A stretch of 64,000 nt of DNA from Eledone cirrhosa (GCA_964016885.1 OZ024743.1:36642001-36706000), one strand, 5' to 3'. Shown: positions 37,144 to 49,229, counted from the first letter of the stretch. Notes: generated by a model not told the origin, from the sequence alone. Numbers and translations are program-made.

Positions 37144-37356
37144 GAATGCCATGGTTGACGGAGGTTCGGCTCTGTAAGGTATAGTAATTTTTAACCGTTA
37201 AAACAATTGTAAATTGTTTAAAACTTGAACCAAATTGTTGATAAAGACACCCTCCTCCTCGTGAGAGGGGTCTTTCTGTCCGTTATTTGGCCCTTCGGGG
37301 TTAAATAACCAGTTATTGGGGTTTTGTACCCAAAATTTCATTTTAAACAAAAAAAC

Positions 37357-39453
37357 ATGGCTACGAAAAAGAAATTTCATACGTCACTCCCACTCATTCC
37401 GTCTTCTTCTTCCTCAATCATCACTACAGCAGAGAGAAGATTGTCTCTCTCCCTCCCTTCTTTAAATGTGTCTCTCTCCCTCCCTTCTCTTTCGCAAGCG
37501 ACGAAAGAAAAGAAAAGTCTCGTGCAAAGCGTGCAAGGTTTCTCCACGACCACGACGACAGCGACGAAACAGGTGTGCGGGAAATACGAAAACCCAGTTC
37601 ATTCGTATGACGTTAGGAATAATAGCAGTAGCAGCCGTAATAACAACAGCAACAGTGACAATGAAAACAACAGTAGCAGCCGCAACAGCATCACCAGCAG
37701 CATAAACAACAACAGCATTAGCAGCAGCAACACCAACAACAACCACAGCAACAGCGGCGGAGGCAGTAGTCGTAGTACCTGCAGCAACAACAAAAGTACC
37801 AGCAGCTCTGACGACAACAACAACAGCAGAGAAAAACCAATCTCATTTGCAGGTATTGCGAAAAACTTGGAAACAATCCTCATAACAAATGAGGAATTAG
37901 AGGAAGCGAAGAAGATGGTTACAAAGAACGGACACCGAGCAATCTGCAAGGCAGCGAAAAATTTTTTCGGAACCCAAGAGCACTGTACGGTCACGTACCG
38001 TACAGTAAGTACAAAATCCCGTAGGGTGGAAAGAGCCACAGAGGCCCAAATACAAAAAGCCTTGGGGTCTGTGTGGCAGCGGAAAACGCACATCACCCGA
38101 GGCAAAAAATATGCCACCGTAGACGTACTTTTTGCCACACCCCAGGAGGCAAAGGCCCAATCAGTAGTGACCCTAAGGAGCGAGGAAATGGTGTTGGTGC
38201 CCTCCTACTGTGGGCAAAAAATTGTGAGGGTCAAACTGACCCACGTCCCCCCCGGAATGACCCCTTCTTGGCTGGCCGCGTCTGTCCTCGTCGGAATCGA
38301 GGACAAAACAACTGTACTGCAAGTACAGAAAAAAGTAAGAGAAGATTGGGTCGGCTCCTCCATTGAGATGCTAATCCAAACCAACCAGGAGTGCATCGAA
38401 GCTATCCCGGATGTGATAGACTTCGATAACGGCACTCAACTGCCCATAAGTGTTGAGGGCAAACGCCCGAAATGCTTTCGCTGTGGATCGAAGACTCACC
38501 TCAGGGCCTTCTGCAACGAGAAGACCCTGAGAAAGGAGAAAACCCCCCTCCTTCCGAATCCGGCTCCACGGCTACCAGCAACAGGACAAGCGGCAACCAG
38601 GAACGATAGGCCCGTGGCACCCATACCCACTCCACGGAAATCAAAAACAGCAGCAGCAGTGGAAATACTAACAACAACAACAGCAATACCAAATGCAGCT
38701 GCAACAGAGACTCCAGTGCAAACATCACCAACAACAACAAGTGAAAGAGTGGAGTTGGTACCCCTCCCCGACCTCACAGAATCAGACATGGAGTGTGAGG
38801 TGGGAGAGAGATGGCAAAAGGTCGTAAGAAGGCACAAACGCAGAAGCAGCGCATCGTCGCCTTTGAAAAGGGAGGAAAGAAATGAGAAAAGGGTAAAGTC
38901 TACTGCAAAGAGACCCACAGCAGCAACAACACCAACACCATCACCACCCACACTAGCGCCACCATCACCACCGGCGACAACCCCACCGCCAACAACACCT
39001 TCAACACCACCACCACAAGCACCAACATCGCAAACACAACAACAAAACACACACACCCAGCAACAACGACAAGAAAATAGCAGAACCACACCCCACCCCC
39101 AGAAAAACAAATGCACGGCAATAAATACACACAACAAGAAACTAATGACTTACATAATTGAACACACAGACATTTCACAACAGGACTACATAATACCAGC
39201 ACCAATCAAAACGCCAACTAACATAAGACTGCTAAAAATAGCACAGAAACAATACACAAACATTAAAACGAAATTCCCCAACGCAGTTGGTGATTTCAGG
39301 GACCTAGGAGGAACCATCAATCGAAGAGTATACTCAGACATTCTCTTAGAAGAGCCGACGACCAGCCGAAGGGACGATTCAACGGTCCCTTCACCAGACG
39401 ATCAAGTGAAAAGGGATGTAAAAACCATCCCTCCTCTACCAAAAGTACGGTAA
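37357..39453 (+). CDS. Tx1-like ORF1 (Gag-like, CCHC zinc knuckle), copy 1
   Basis: First ATG at 37357 (MATKKK); CFRCGSKTHLRAFC knuckle; N/S-rich and P/T-rich low-complexity tracts. Confidence 0.88.
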   Translation: MATKKKFHTSLPLIPSSSSSIITTAERRLSLSLPSLNVSLSLPSLSQATKEKKSLVQSVQGFSTTTTTATKQVCGKYENPVHSYDVRNNSSSSRNNNSNSDNENNSSSRNSITSSINNNSISSSNTNNNHSNSGGGSSRSTCSNNKSTSSSDDNNNSREKPISFAGIAKNLETILITNEELEEAKKMVTKNGHRAICKAAKNFFGTQEHCTVTYRTVSTKSRRVERATEAQIQKALGSVWQRKTHITRGKKYATVDVLFATPQEAKAQSVVTLRSEEMVLVPSYCGQKIVRVKLTHVPPGMTPSWLAASVLVGIEDKTTVLQVQKKVREDWVGSSIEMLIQTNQECIEAIPDVIDFDNGTQLPISVEGKRPKCFRCGSKTHLRAFCNEKTLRKEKTPLLPNPAPRLPATGQAATRNDRPVAPIPTPRKSKTAAAVEILTTTTAIPNAAATETPVQTSPTTTSERVELVPLPDLTESDMECEVGERWQKVVRRHKRRSSASSPLKREERNEKRVKSTAKRPTAATTPTPSPPTLAPPSPPATTPPPTTPSTPPPQAPTSQTQQQNTHTQQQRQENSRTTPHPQKNKCTAINTHNKKLMTYIIEHTDISQQDYIIPAPIKTPTNIRLLKIAQKQYTNIKTKFPNAVGDFRDLGGTINRRVYSDILLEEPTTSRRDDSTVPSPDDQVKRDVKTIPPLPKVR

Positions 39454-39488
39454 GTGGTCTTTCCCATCTTTTCCACTCTATTTTAAAC

Positions 39489-42400
39489 ATGACCTCACTC
39501 AGAATAGGCAGCATAAATGCGCGTGGCTTGGGATCGTCATGGAAGCAGGGTCACCTGCTCAACGACCTCAGGTCACTAAACATAGATGTAGTGGCCATCA
39601 GCGAGACCAGAATCTCCGAAGCACGGGCCTTCGTACCGATCTTCGGCGGCTACGATGTGTACGCATCTCCCAGCCGTCCTGGATCGGGTGGAGGAGTTGC
39701 TGTGCTTTTTCGGAGAGGTTTGGATCTCGCCATACGGGCCATCTTCCTGGACCCAGAGGGTAAGCTGGTGGTGCTGGACGTGACCAGCGGAGACGGGCAA
39801 GCTTTCAGGCTAGTGGCCGTCTATGCCCCGACAGGAGCAGGGCGGCCTGATTTCTTCCGGCGTCTGGAGACCTTTCTTGGAACGTCCCGCTCTTTAGTGT
39901 TAGTGGGCGACTGGAACGGGATCTTAGATGCACGCTGGGACTGTGTGGGATTAGCGGATAGGGGTGGAGGGTGCAAGAGCCTCACCAACCTGCTCAGGCG
40001 TTTTGAACTGTCTGACAGGTACCGATTGGATTTCCCGAATGTGCCAATGTGGACTTGGACAAACCGCATAGGGTCATCCAGATCATATCTAGATAGAGTA
40101 TTTTGTAGGGAAATAGATAGGTCTAGCATAGGCTGTCCACAATTCAAGATAGTCAGCTACACGGACCACAAATTCGTGATCTGTGTGCTTGACTTAGATA
40201 GGCTTCATAGACGAGGACCCGGCTACTGGAAGCTAAACGCGTCCTTACCAGCGCGCAAGGCCTACAGAGACCGGATTAGCGAACTAGTTAAGCGGGCGTT
40301 GACGGGGGCCATCGTCAACAACAAGTGGTGGTTTGCTCTGAAAAGAGCGATTAGAATAGAATCGATTAGGTTTAGTAAGGCTTTAGCAATAGAGAAAAAT
40401 AGAGCAGAGGGAGAACTAGTTAGAAAATTAGACGAGGCGCTTAGCAAAGGCATTGCGACCGACGTGCTTGCGGCGAAATTGGCCCTTGACCAATTCTTCA
40501 ATGCAAAGCACGAAGGCTGCGTTGTCAGAGCTAGGGTGCGTGCTCTCAGACACGAGGGGACGAAAGCCGTTCAATGGGCCCGAGTGGCGGAGGCGCGTCG
40601 TGGCAACAAAGCCACGATCCGGTCTTTGGTGGACCACGACGGGCGCATGCTACTCGATCCCGGGCAAATGTGTGAAGCTTTTCAGCGACACTTCGCTCAG
40701 CTGTTCGGGGGCAGCGGGGGGCCGGGTAGAGGGATGGACTTTAGTGTCTACCTCGACGGGCTGCCGCGGCTCTCGGCCACTGAGGCGAGGTGTTGCGAAA
40801 AGCCGATAACAGCCGCTGAAGTACGGGAGGCAATGACTGGCTGCACAAGGGGTAAATCGCCTGGTTTGGATGGTCTGCCCTATGAACTTTACGTACAGAT
40901 GCCAGACTTGTTCGGAGGCCTCTTGGCGGACGTCTACTGCAACTGGCAACAGAACGGGAGAATTCCCAGTTCTGTGAGCCGAGGAGCGGTGGCACTGCTG
41001 AGAAAGGATCCGAACAAGGGGGATAACATAGACAATTTCCGGCCCATAACTCTGCTAAACACAGAGTTTAAGATTTTGGCCAAGGTGCTAGCAAAGAGGT
41101 TGGCGCTTGTCGTTGGTGGTCTGGTGGGAGAGGCGCAGACATGCGCCATTCCCGACAGATCCATCCACGACAACCTCCACCTCATGCGATACATCGTAGA
41201 GAGGGTAGCTAGGGAACCTGGCACGGGTGGGTCCTTGATCAATTTAGATCAGTCGAAAGCTTTCGATAGGGTCGACCATCGTTACCTAGCGGCAGTCCTG
41301 AGGGCGGCTGGCTTTGGGCCCGTCTTCAGAGGCTGGATCGCTGCCATGCACAGCGACATCTGCTCTGTGGTGAGAGTGAACGGTCACCTGTCGGAACCGT
41401 TCAACATCATGCGCTCGGTCCGCCAAGGATGTCCCCTCTCGTCCCTCTTGTACGTATTGACTCTCGAGCCATTACTGCACAAACTGGAGACGTTGAGGGG
41501 AGTCCCGCGCGAACTAGGATGCGGAAGATCCGTGTCAGCATATGCGGACGATGTCACCGTAGTGGTGTCGAACGCCAAACACATCGAGGCGATCGGCACT
41601 ACACTAAGAGAATACGAAGCGGTGACAGGAGCAATGATCAACCAGGAAAAGTCAGTGGGCCTGCAGCTCGGCACCTGGAGAGGCAGGTCCATGCCGTCCA
41701 ACAGCGTCGTCGGGCGCTGGACGGACGGACCGGTTAAATTGCTAGGGGTCTGGTTCGGTCCGGACCTCCAGACGGACAAAAACTGGGACGAGGTGACGAG
41801 CAGGGTGGCTTCTCTCACCCAGAAATGGGCGGAGAGGAAGCTATCCCTGAAAGGTCGAGCGGAGGTGGCTAACGCGTACATCGCGTCTGTCATCTGCTAC
41901 CGCCTAACCGTCGTACCTTGTCCTAAGCCTCGCCTGACTGCGCTGGAGCGTTTGCTCTTTCGCTTTTTGTGGAAGGGACGTGCTCCGATGGTCAGGCGGT
42001 CCATCTGTTGTCAACACCCGCTACGTGGAGGGCTGGGCATGCCGTGGCTGATGATGCGCAGGCACGCGCTCAGGCTACGACATCTCCACCTCTTCCTCGA
42101 AGGTGATCAGGTGTGGTCGCCGTTTGCTAGACGCGTTTTTTCCCAGCTCGTTTCCTTGACGGAGCTGCAGTCCTGGGTCAAGCGAAGACCGAGAGGGAGC
42201 GCCTGGAGACTGGAATGTCTTCAGGCGCTCACAGCCCTCGACCAATCGGGCAATGTGATCGGTGGAAACTCCACCTCGGCGTTCTATAGAGGATTAGTGG
42301 AGGGGAAGAGCGACGACGTACTTGGGGAAACTCTAGGCGTCGACGAAAATCAACTAGCCAATCTCTTCGGAAGAACTTTCGGGCCAGGGCCTATGGACAA

Positions 42401-42908
42401 CTTCCAGAAATCTCTGGCCTGGCAGTGCTACCGAGGAGCCTTGCCAGTTCGGGATAAACTCTACAGGCATGGAGGTGCCGTCAGCCGGGCATGTCCGAGA
42501 TGCGCGCAGGGCGACGAAACCGTCCTGCACGCACTCGTCCAGTGTCCGAAAATTGCTGACTTGTGGGTTTATGTCGAACACCTGCTGTCGCGTTTAGGAC
42601 GGATCCAGCTATCATCTGAGTCCATCGTGAGGATTGCCCCGCCCTCCTCCTTTAGCCGGGAAGGGCAGGCAGTTTTTATCTGTCTGGTGGCCATGGCGAA
42701 AGAGATAGTATGGTGGACACGTTTGAAAGGGCTGAAGACGAGCACTTACCTCTTCGGTGATGCTCTGATTGACTTTTTCAAATTTCATTTGAAAAGGAAA
42801 ATCAGAGTAGAGAGGGAAGTGCTCTCTTCCCAGCATTTTGTTGAAAGATGGGTGAGAGAAGCAAGAATGGCCCGAGTGAATGGGCCGACTCTGAGTATAT
42901 ATCTGTAA
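39489..42908 (+). CDS. Tx1-like ORF2: APE endonuclease, RT, C-terminal CCHC (1139 aa), copy 1
   Basis: NARGL, SET, VYAP, GDWN, YLDR, TDH (APE); KSPGLDG, DQSKAFD, QGCPLS, YADD (RT); CPRC..ETVLHALVQC. Confidence 0.95.
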   Translation: MTSLRIGSINARGLGSSWKQGHLLNDLRSLNIDVVAISETRISEARAFVPIFGGYDVYASPSRPGSGGGVAVLFRRGLDLAIRAIFLDPEGKLVVLDVTSGDGQAFRLVAVYAPTGAGRPDFFRRLETFLGTSRSLVLVGDWNGILDARWDCVGLADRGGGCKSLTNLLRRFELSDRYRLDFPNVPMWTWTNRIGSSRSYLDRVFCREIDRSSIGCPQFKIVSYTDHKFVICVLDLDRLHRRGPGYWKLNASLPARKAYRDRISELVKRALTGAIVNNKWWFALKRAIRIESIRFSKALAIEKNRAEGELVRKLDEALSKGIATDVLAAKLALDQFFNAKHEGCVVRARVRALRHEGTKAVQWARVAEARRGNKATIRSLVDHDGRMLLDPGQMCEAFQRHFAQLFGGSGGPGRGMDFSVYLDGLPRLSATEARCCEKPITAAEVREAMTGCTRGKSPGLDGLPYELYVQMPDLFGGLLADVYCNWQQNGRIPSSVSRGAVALLRKDPNKGDNIDNFRPITLLNTEFKILAKVLAKRLALVVGGLVGEAQTCAIPDRSIHDNLHLMRYIVERVAREPGTGGSLINLDQSKAFDRVDHRYLAAVLRAAGFGPVFRGWIAAMHSDICSVVRVNGHLSEPFNIMRSVRQGCPLSSLLYVLTLEPLLHKLETLRGVPRELGCGRSVSAYADDVTVVVSNAKHIEAIGTTLREYEAVTGAMINQEKSVGLQLGTWRGRSMPSNSVVGRWTDGPVKLLGVWFGPDLQTDKNWDEVTSRVASLTQKWAERKLSLKGRAEVANAYIASVICYRLTVVPCPKPRLTALERLLFRFLWKGRAPMVRRSICCQHPLRGGLGMPWLMMRRHALRLRHLHLFLEGDQVWSPFARRVFSQLVSLTELQSWVKRRPRGSAWRLECLQALTALDQSGNVIGGNSTSAFYRGLVEGKSDDVLGETLGVDENQLANLFGRTFGPGPMDNFQKSLAWQCYRGALPVRDKLYRHGGAVSRACPRCAQGDETVLHALVQCPKIADLWVYVEHLLSRLGRIQLSSESIVRIAPPSSFSREGQAVFICLVAMAKEIVWWTRLKGLKTSTYLFGDALIDFFKFHLKRKIRVEREVLSSQHFVERWVREARMARVNGPTLSIYL

Positions 42909-43168
42909 ACTAAAGGTGGAAAACTGGGAGAGGGCACTTGCCTTGGTGGTCAGGGTCATTGTGGCTTTTTACTGGGCTTTCTCCACAAATGTCCCTCCGA
43001 AGTCTGCCCCCTATTGGGGAATTTTTCATTGTTATTTTCATTGTTATTTTTGTTACATCCTCTGTTTTTGTTTTTTTACACGCAGAAATGCCCATTTGTA
43101 CCGTCCTGCATTGTCCTGCACTGTCCTTAATGTCTACTTTATGTAAACCCTTGTGGTTAATAAAGAAA

Positions 43169-43203
<35 letters not shown>

Positions 43204-43416
43204 GAATGCCATGGTTGACGGAGGTTCGGCTCTGTAAGGTATAGTAATTTTTAACCGTTAAAACAATTGTAAATTGTTTAAAACTTGAACCAAATTGTTG
43301 ATAAAGACACCCTCCTCCTCGTGAGAGGGGTCTTTCTGTCCGTTATTTGGCCCTTCGGGGTTAAATAACCAGTTATTGGGGTTTTGTACCCAAAATTTCA
43401 TTTTAAACAAAAAAAC

Positions 43417-45513
43417 ATGGCTACGAAAAAGAAATTTCATACGTCACTCCCACTCATTCCGTCTTCTTCTTCCTCAATCATCACTACAGCAGAGAGAAGA
43501 TTGTCTCTCTCCCTCCCTTCTTTAAATGTGTCTCTCTCCCTCCCTTCTCTTTCGCAAGCGACGAAAGAAAAGAAAAGTCTCGTGCAAAGCGTGCAAGGTT
43601 TCTCCACGACCACGACGACAGCGACGAAACAGGTGTGCGGGAAATACGAAAACCCAGTTCATTCGTATGACGTTAGGAATAATAGCAGTAGCAGCCGTAA
43701 TAACAACAGCAACAGTGACAATGAAAACAACAGTAGCAGCCGCAACAGCATCACCAGCAGCATAAACAACAACAGCATTAGCAGCAGCAACACCAACAAC
43801 AACCACAGCAACAGCGGCGGAGGCAGTAGTCGTAGTACCTGCAGCAACAACAAAAGTACCAGCAGCTCTGACGACAACAACAACAGCAGAGAAAAACCAA
43901 TCTCATTTGCAGGTATTGCGAAAAACTTGGAAACAATCCTCATAACAAATGAGGAATTAGAGGAAGCGAAGAAGATGGTTACAAAGAACGGACACCGAGC
44001 AATCTGCAAGGCAGCGAAAAATTTTTTCGGAACCCAAGAGCACTGTACGGTCACGTACCGTACAGTAAGTACAAAATCCCGTAGGGTGGAAAGAGCCACA
44101 GAGGCCCAAATACAAAAAGCCTTGGGGTCTGTGTGGCAGCGGAAAACGCACATCACCCGAGGCAAAAAATATGCCACCGTAGACGTACTTTTTGCCACAC
44201 CCCAGGAGGCAAAGGCCCAATCAGTAGTGACCCTAAGGAGCGAGGAAATGGTGTTGGTGCCCTCCTACTGTGGGCAAAAAATTGTGAGGGTCAAACTGAC
44301 CCACGTCCCCCCCGGAATGACCCCTTCTTGGCTGGCCGCGTCTGTCCTCGTCGGAATCGAGGACAAAACAACTGTACTGCAAGTACAGAAAAAAGTAAGA
44401 GAAGATTGGGTCGGCTCCTCCATTGAGATGCTAATCCAAACCAACCAGGAGTGCATCGAAGCTATCCCGGATGTGATAGACTTCGATAACGGCACTCAAC
44501 TGCCCATAAGTGTTGAGGGCAAACGCCCGAAATGCTTTCGCTGTGGATCGAAGACTCACCTCAGGGCCTTCTGCAACGAGAAGACCCTGAGAAAGGAGAA
44601 AACCCCCCTCCTTCCGAATCCGGCTCCACGGCTACCAGCAACAGGACAAGCGGCAACCAGGAACGATAGGCCCGTGGCACCCATACCCACTCCACGGAAA
44701 TCAAAAACAGCAGCAGCAGTGGAAATACTAACAACAACAACAGCAATACCAAATGCAGCTGCAACAGAGACTCCAGTGCAAACATCACCAACAACAACAA
44801 GTGAAAGAGTGGAGTTGGTACCCCTCCCCGACCTCACAGAATCAGACATGGAGTGTGAGGTGGGAGAGAGATGGCAAAAGGTCGTAAGAAGGCACAAACG
44901 CAGAAGCAGCGCATCGTCGCCTTTGAAAAGGGAGGAAAGAAATGAGAAAAGGGTAAAGTCTACTGCAAAGAGACCCACAGCAGCAACAACACCAACACCA
45001 TCACCACCCACACTAGCGCCACCATCACCACCGGCGACAACCCCACCGCCAACAACACCTTCAACACCACCACCACAAGCACCAACATCGCAAACACAAC
45101 AACAAAACACACACACCCAGCAACAACGACAAGAAAATAGCAGAACCACACCCCACCCCCAGAAAAACAAATGCACGGCAATAAATACACACAACAAGAA
45201 ACTAATGACTTACATAATTGAACACACAGACATTTCACAACAGGACTACATAATACCAGCACCAATCAAAACGCCAACTAACATAAGACTGCTAAAAATA
45301 GCACAGAAACAATACACAAACATTAAAACGAAATTCCCCAACGCAGTTGGTGATTTCAGGGACCTAGGAGGAACCATCAATCGAAGAGTATACTCAGACA
45401 TTCTCTTAGAAGAGCCGACGACCAGCCGAAGGGACGATTCAACGGTCCCTTCACCAGACGATCAAGTGAAAAGGGATGTAAAAACCATCCCTCCTCTACC
45501 AAAAGTACGGTAA
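43417..45513 (+). CDS. Tx1-like ORF1, copy 2
   Basis: Translation identical to copy 1. Confidence 0.88.
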   Translation: MATKKKFHTSLPLIPSSSSSIITTAERRLSLSLPSLNVSLSLPSLSQATKEKKSLVQSVQGFSTTTTTATKQVCGKYENPVHSYDVRNNSSSSRNNNSNSDNENNSSSRNSITSSINNNSISSSNTNNNHSNSGGGSSRSTCSNNKSTSSSDDNNNSREKPISFAGIAKNLETILITNEELEEAKKMVTKNGHRAICKAAKNFFGTQEHCTVTYRTVSTKSRRVERATEAQIQKALGSVWQRKTHITRGKKYATVDVLFATPQEAKAQSVVTLRSEEMVLVPSYCGQKIVRVKLTHVPPGMTPSWLAASVLVGIEDKTTVLQVQKKVREDWVGSSIEMLIQTNQECIEAIPDVIDFDNGTQLPISVEGKRPKCFRCGSKTHLRAFCNEKTLRKEKTPLLPNPAPRLPATGQAATRNDRPVAPIPTPRKSKTAAAVEILTTTTAIPNAAATETPVQTSPTTTSERVELVPLPDLTESDMECEVGERWQKVVRRHKRRSSASSPLKREERNEKRVKSTAKRPTAATTPTPSPPTLAPPSPPATTPPPTTPSTPPPQAPTSQTQQQNTHTQQQRQENSRTTPHPQKNKCTAINTHNKKLMTYIIEHTDISQQDYIIPAPIKTPTNIRLLKIAQKQYTNIKTKFPNAVGDFRDLGGTINRRVYSDILLEEPTTSRRDDSTVPSPDDQVKRDVKTIPPLPKVR

Positions 45514-45548
45514 GTGGTCTTTCCCATCTTTTCCACTCTATTTTAAAC

Positions 45549-48500
45549 ATGACCTCACTCAGAATAGGCAGCATAAATGCGCGTGGCTTGGGATCGTCAT
45601 GGAAGCAGGGTCACCTGCTCAACGACCTCAGGTCACTAAACATAGATGTAGTGGCCATCAGCGAGACCAGAATCTCCGAAGCACGGGCCTTCGTACCGAT
45701 CTTCGGCGGCTACGATGTGTACGCATCTCCCAGCCGTCCTGGATCGGGTGGAGGAGTTGCTGTGCTTTTTCGGAGAGGTTTGGATCTCGCCATACGGGCC
45801 ATCTTCCTGGACCCAGAGGGTAAGCTGGTGGTGCTGGACGTGACCAGCGGAGACGGGCAAGCTTTCAGGCTAGTGGCCGTCTATGCCCCGACAGGAGCAG
45901 GGCGGCCTGATTTCTTCCGGCGTCTGGAGACCTTTCTTGGAACGTCCCGCTCTTTAGTGTTAGTGGGCGACTAGAACGGGATCTTAGATGCACGCTGGGA
46001 CTGTGTGGGATTAGCGGATAGGGGTGGAGGGTGCAAGAGCCTCACCAACCTGCTCAGGCGTTTTGAACTGTATGACAGGTACCGATTGGATTTCCCGAAT
46101 GTGCCAATGTGGACTTGGACAAACCGCATAGGGTCATCCAGATCATATCTAGATAGAGTATTTTGTAGGGAAATAGATAGGTCTAGCATAGGCTGTCCAC
46201 AATTCAAGATAGTCAGCTACACGGACCACAAATTCGTGATCTGTGTGCTTGACTTAGATAGGCTTCATAGACGAGGACCCGGCTACTGGAAGCTAAACGC
46301 GTCCTTACCAGCGCGCAAGGCCTACAGAGACCGGATTAGCGAACTAGTTAAGCGGGCGTTGACGGGGGCCATCGTCAACAACAAGTGGTGGTTTGCTCTG
46401 AAAAGAGCAATTAGAATAGAGTCCATTAGGTTTAGTAAGGCTTTAGCAATAGAGAAAAATAGAGCAGAGGGAGAACTAGTTAGAAAATTAGACGAGGCGC
46501 TTAGCAAAGGCATTGCGACCGACGTGCTTGCGGCGAAATTGGCCCTTGACCAATTCTTCAATGCAAAGCACGAAGGCTGCGTTGTCAGAGCTAGGGTGCG
46601 TGCTCTCAGACACGAGGGGACGAAAGCCGTTCAATGGGCCCGAGTGGCGGAGGCGCGTCGTGGCAACAAAGCCACGATCCGGTCTTTGGTGGACCACGAC
46701 GGGCGCATGCTACTCGATCCCGGGCAAATGTGTGAAGCTTTTCAGCGACACTTCGCTCAGCTGTTCGGGGGCAGCGGGGGGCCGGGTAGAGGGATGGACT
46801 TTAGTGTCTACCTCGACGGACTGCCGTGGCTCTCGGCCACTGAGGCGGAGTGTTGCGAAAAGCCGATAACAGCCGCTGAAGTAAGGGAGGCAATGACTGG
46901 CTGCACAAGGGGTAAATCGCCTGGTTTGGATGGTCTGCCCTATGAACTTTACGTACAGATGCCAGACTTGTTCGGAGGCCTCTTGGCGGACGTCTACTGC
47001 AACTGGCAACAGAACGGGAGAATTCCCAGTTCTGTGAGCCGAGGAGCGGTGGCACTGCTGAGAAAGGATCCGAACAAGGGGGATAACATAGACAATTTCC
47101 GGCCCATAACTCTGCTAAACACAGAGTTTAAGATTTTGGCCAAGGTGCTAGCAAAGAGGTTGGCGCTTGTCGTTGGTGGTCTGGTGGGAGAGGCGCAGAC
47201 ATGCGCCATTCCCGACAGATCCATCCACGACAACCTCCACCTCATGCGATACATCGTAGAGAGGGTAGCTAGGGAACCTGGCACGGGTGGGTCCTTGATC
47301 AATTTAGATCAGTCGAAAGCTTTCGATAGGGTCGACCATTGTTACCTAGCGGCAGTCCTGAGGGCGGCTGGCTTTGGGCCCGTCTTCAGAGGCTGGATCG
47401 CTGCCATGCACAGCGACATCTGCTCTGTGGTGAGAGTGAACGGTCACCTGTCGGAACCGTTCAACATCATGCGCTCGGTCCGCCAAGGATGTCCCCTCTC
47501 GTCCCTCTTGTACGTATTGACTCTCGAGCCATTACTGCACAAACTGGAGACGTTGAGGGGAGTCCCGCGCGAACTAGGATGCGGAAGATCCGTGTCAGCA
47601 TATGCGGACGATGTCACCGTAGTGGTGTCGAACGCCAAACACATCGAGGCGATCGGCACTACACTAAGAGAATACGAAGCAGTGACAGGAGCAATGATCA
47701 ACCAGGAAAAGTCAGTGGGCCTGCAGCTCGGCACCTGGAGAGGCAGGTCCATGCCGTCCAACAGCGTCGTCGGGCGCTGGACGGACGGACCGGTTAAATT
47801 GCTAGGGGTCTGGTTCGGTCCGGACCTCCAGACGGACAAAAACTGGGACGAGGTGACGAGCAGGGTGGCTTCTCTCACCCAGAAATGGGCGGAGAGGAAG
47901 CTATCCCTGAAAGGTCGAGCGGAGGTGGCTAACGCGTACATCGCGTCTGTCATCTGCTACCGCCTAACCGTCGTACCTTGTCCTAAGCCTCGCCTGACTG
48001 CGCTGGAGCGTTTGCTCTTTCGCTTTTTGTGGAAGGGACGTGCTCCGATGGTCAGGCGGTCCATCTGTTGTCAACACCCGCTACGTGGAGGGCTGGGCAT
48101 GCCGTGGCTGATGATGCGCAGGCACGCGCTCAGGCTACGACATCTCCACCTCTTCCTCGACGGTGATCAGGTGTGGTCGCCGTTTGCTAGACGCGTTTTT
48201 CCCCAGCTCGTTTCCTTGACGGAGCTGCAGTCCTGGGTCAAGCGAAGACCGAGAGGGAGCGCCTGGAGACTGGAATGTCTTCAGGCGCTCACAGCCCTCG
48301 ACCAATCGGGCAATGTGATCGGTGGAAACTCCACCTCGGCGTTCTATAGAGGATTAGTGGAGGGGAAGAGCGACGACGTACTTGGGGAAACTCTAGGCGT
48401 CGACGAAAATCAACTAGCCAATCTCTTCGGAAGAACCTTCGGGCCAGGGCCTATGGACAACTTCCAGAAATCTCTGGCCTGGCAGTGCTACCGAGGAGCC

Positions 48501-48968
48501 TTGCCAGTTCGGGATAAACTCTACAGGCATGGAGGTGCCGTCAGCCGGGCATGTCCGAGATGCGCGCAGGGCGACGAAACCGTCCTGCACGCACTCGTCC
48601 AGTGTCCGAAAATTGCTGACTTGTGGGTTTATGTCGAACACCTGCTGTCGCGTTTAGGACGGATCCAGCTATCATCTGAGTCTATCGTGAGGATTGCCCC
48701 GCCCTCCTCCTTTAGCCGGGAAGGGCAGGCAGTTTTTATCTGTCTGGTGGCCATGGCGAAAGAGATAGTATGGTGGACACGTTTGAAAGGGCTGAAGACG
48801 AGCACTTACCTCTTCGGTGATGCTCTGATTGACTTTTTCAAATTTCATTTGAAAAGGAAAATCAGAGTAGAGAAGGAAGTGCTCTCTTCCCAGCATTTTG
48901 TTGAAAGATGGGTGAGAGAAGCAAGAATGGCCCGAGTGAATGGGCCGACTCTGAGTATATATCTGTAA
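45549..48968 (+). pseudogene. Tx1-like ORF2 copy 2, interrupted by TGG>TAG at codon 142 in the APE domain
   Basis: Stop at 45972-45974; the rest is open in frame to 48968. Confidence 0.92.
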
Positions 48969-49229
48969 ACTAAAGGTGGAAAACTGGGAGAGGGCACTTG
49001 CCTTGGTGGTCAGGGTCATTGTGGCTTTTTACTGGGCTTTCTCCACAAATGTCCCTCCGAAGTCTCCCCCCTATTGGGGAATTTTTCATTGTTATTTTCA
49101 TTGTTATTTTTGTTACATCCTCTATTTTTGTTTTTTTTACACGCAGAAATGCCCATTTGTACCGTCCTGCATTGTCCTGCACTGTCCTTAATGTCTACTT
49201 TATGTAAACCCTTGTGGTTAATAAAGAAA

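Larger units (their letters stand above)
37144..43170 (+). mobile_element. Tx1-like (L1 clade) non-LTR retrotransposon, copy 1, full-length, both ORFs intact
   Basis: Starts GAATGCC after (ATT)n and ends ttaataaagaaatc before (ATT)11. Confidence 0.93.

Noticed and set aside
37324-37356. ORF1 N-terminal extension from a TTG start in the ORF track
   Set aside because: In a eukaryotic context the first ATG (aaacATGG at 37357) is the likelier start.
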